64,000 bases of DNA, taken from a virus. Its lineage: Duplodnaviria; Caudoviricetes. The notes beneath the pieces were generated by a model. The model worked only from the letters and a program-made list of their open reading frames with translations. It had not been told where the DNA came from and ran no database searches. The stretch's first letter is position 1. Every line of letters starts with the position of its first letter. Where the stretch lies: IMG/VR virus record IMGVR_UViG_3300015607_004593, positions 32,001 through 96,000 of that record; one strand, 5' to 3'. Below are positions 63,580-64,000 of this stretch, one piece after another. Both the position numbers and the translations under genes were made by a program.

Positions 63580-64000
63580 TTAAAAGAGAACCTTTAACAT
63601 CCTTGTAAAGTTTCCTTCTACCTTAACAACAAGTGAATTTTCTTGTGTAGAAGAAAATCCTAGCCCGGATAATTGATTATCCGTTTCTTCCGTTCTAACC
63701 TTTGAACCTAATAACTCCATAGCTTTCCTATACTTATTAAACTTTGGGTTTAGAAATTCATTATAAAATCCCCTTGCAGAACCATCATTTTTACATCCTC
63801 GAATAAAAAAGAAGTAATGTTTATTACCAGTTCCTACTTCACTATCCCAATGATTGGGAGAAAGCATAAAAGCATCTACAGGATAAAGATTTTCTGTAGT
63901 TAAATTCCAGACTGTTCTATGCTTTGGTTTCATCGGTATAGATGAAACCAAAATCATTTCTTTAGTCCGTTTACAATAACGAAAAGTTGCAACCGTTATT
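63580..64000 (-). CDS. C-terminal part of a conserved large-phage protein (runs off the right edge)
   Basis: Frame is open from 63957 to the window end; LSPNHWD, GNKHYFF, RGFYNEFL, QLSGLGFSST. Confidence 0.7.
   Translation of the reverse strand, partial: ITVATFRYCKRTKEMILVSSIPMKPKHRTVWNLTTENLYPVDAFMLSPNHWDSEVGTGNKHYFFFIRGCKNDGSARGFYNEFLNPKFNKYRKAMELLGSKVRTEETDNQLSGLGFSSTQENSLVVKVEGNFTRMLKVLF

Overview
A 64-kb, very AT-rich segment of a large lytic T4-like myophage genome, read in the standard code, with most genes on the minus strand. It carries a scrambled T4-type replication set: class II ribonucleotide reductase (partial, with intein), dCMP deaminase, gp41 helicase, UvsX (mini-intein), a DNA polymerase split into two genes (43A/43B) with a lysozyme and a broken kinase-like gene between the halves, RegA, gp62, gp44 (mini-intein), and, far away, gp45 and gp61 primase. 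It also has three tRNAs (Lys-TTT, Arg-TCT, Ile2-CAT), host-like genes (ArfA-like, H-NS-like, PyrE, an AlaRS-like fragment), two tail-fibre-like genes, a repeat-rich endonuclease and many hypotheticals. The most interesting unexplained signals are: (1) an ~800-bp non-coding tract of back-to-back stem-loops with a multibranched core, between two Pol-beta-type nucleotidyltransferase genes; (2) a ~150-160-bp dispersed intergenic element in four copies with IHF-box-like arms, one pair inverted; (3) at least seven proteins sharing a T4-type capsid-targeting N-terminus (kinase-like, amidoligase-like, metalloprotease-like and a tandem triplet of paralogs); (4) a free-standing Hint domain without splicing residues; (5) a hairpin that hides a ribosome-binding site and contains a perfect T4 late promoter. 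All assignments come from motif recognition by eye; no database search or folding program was run.
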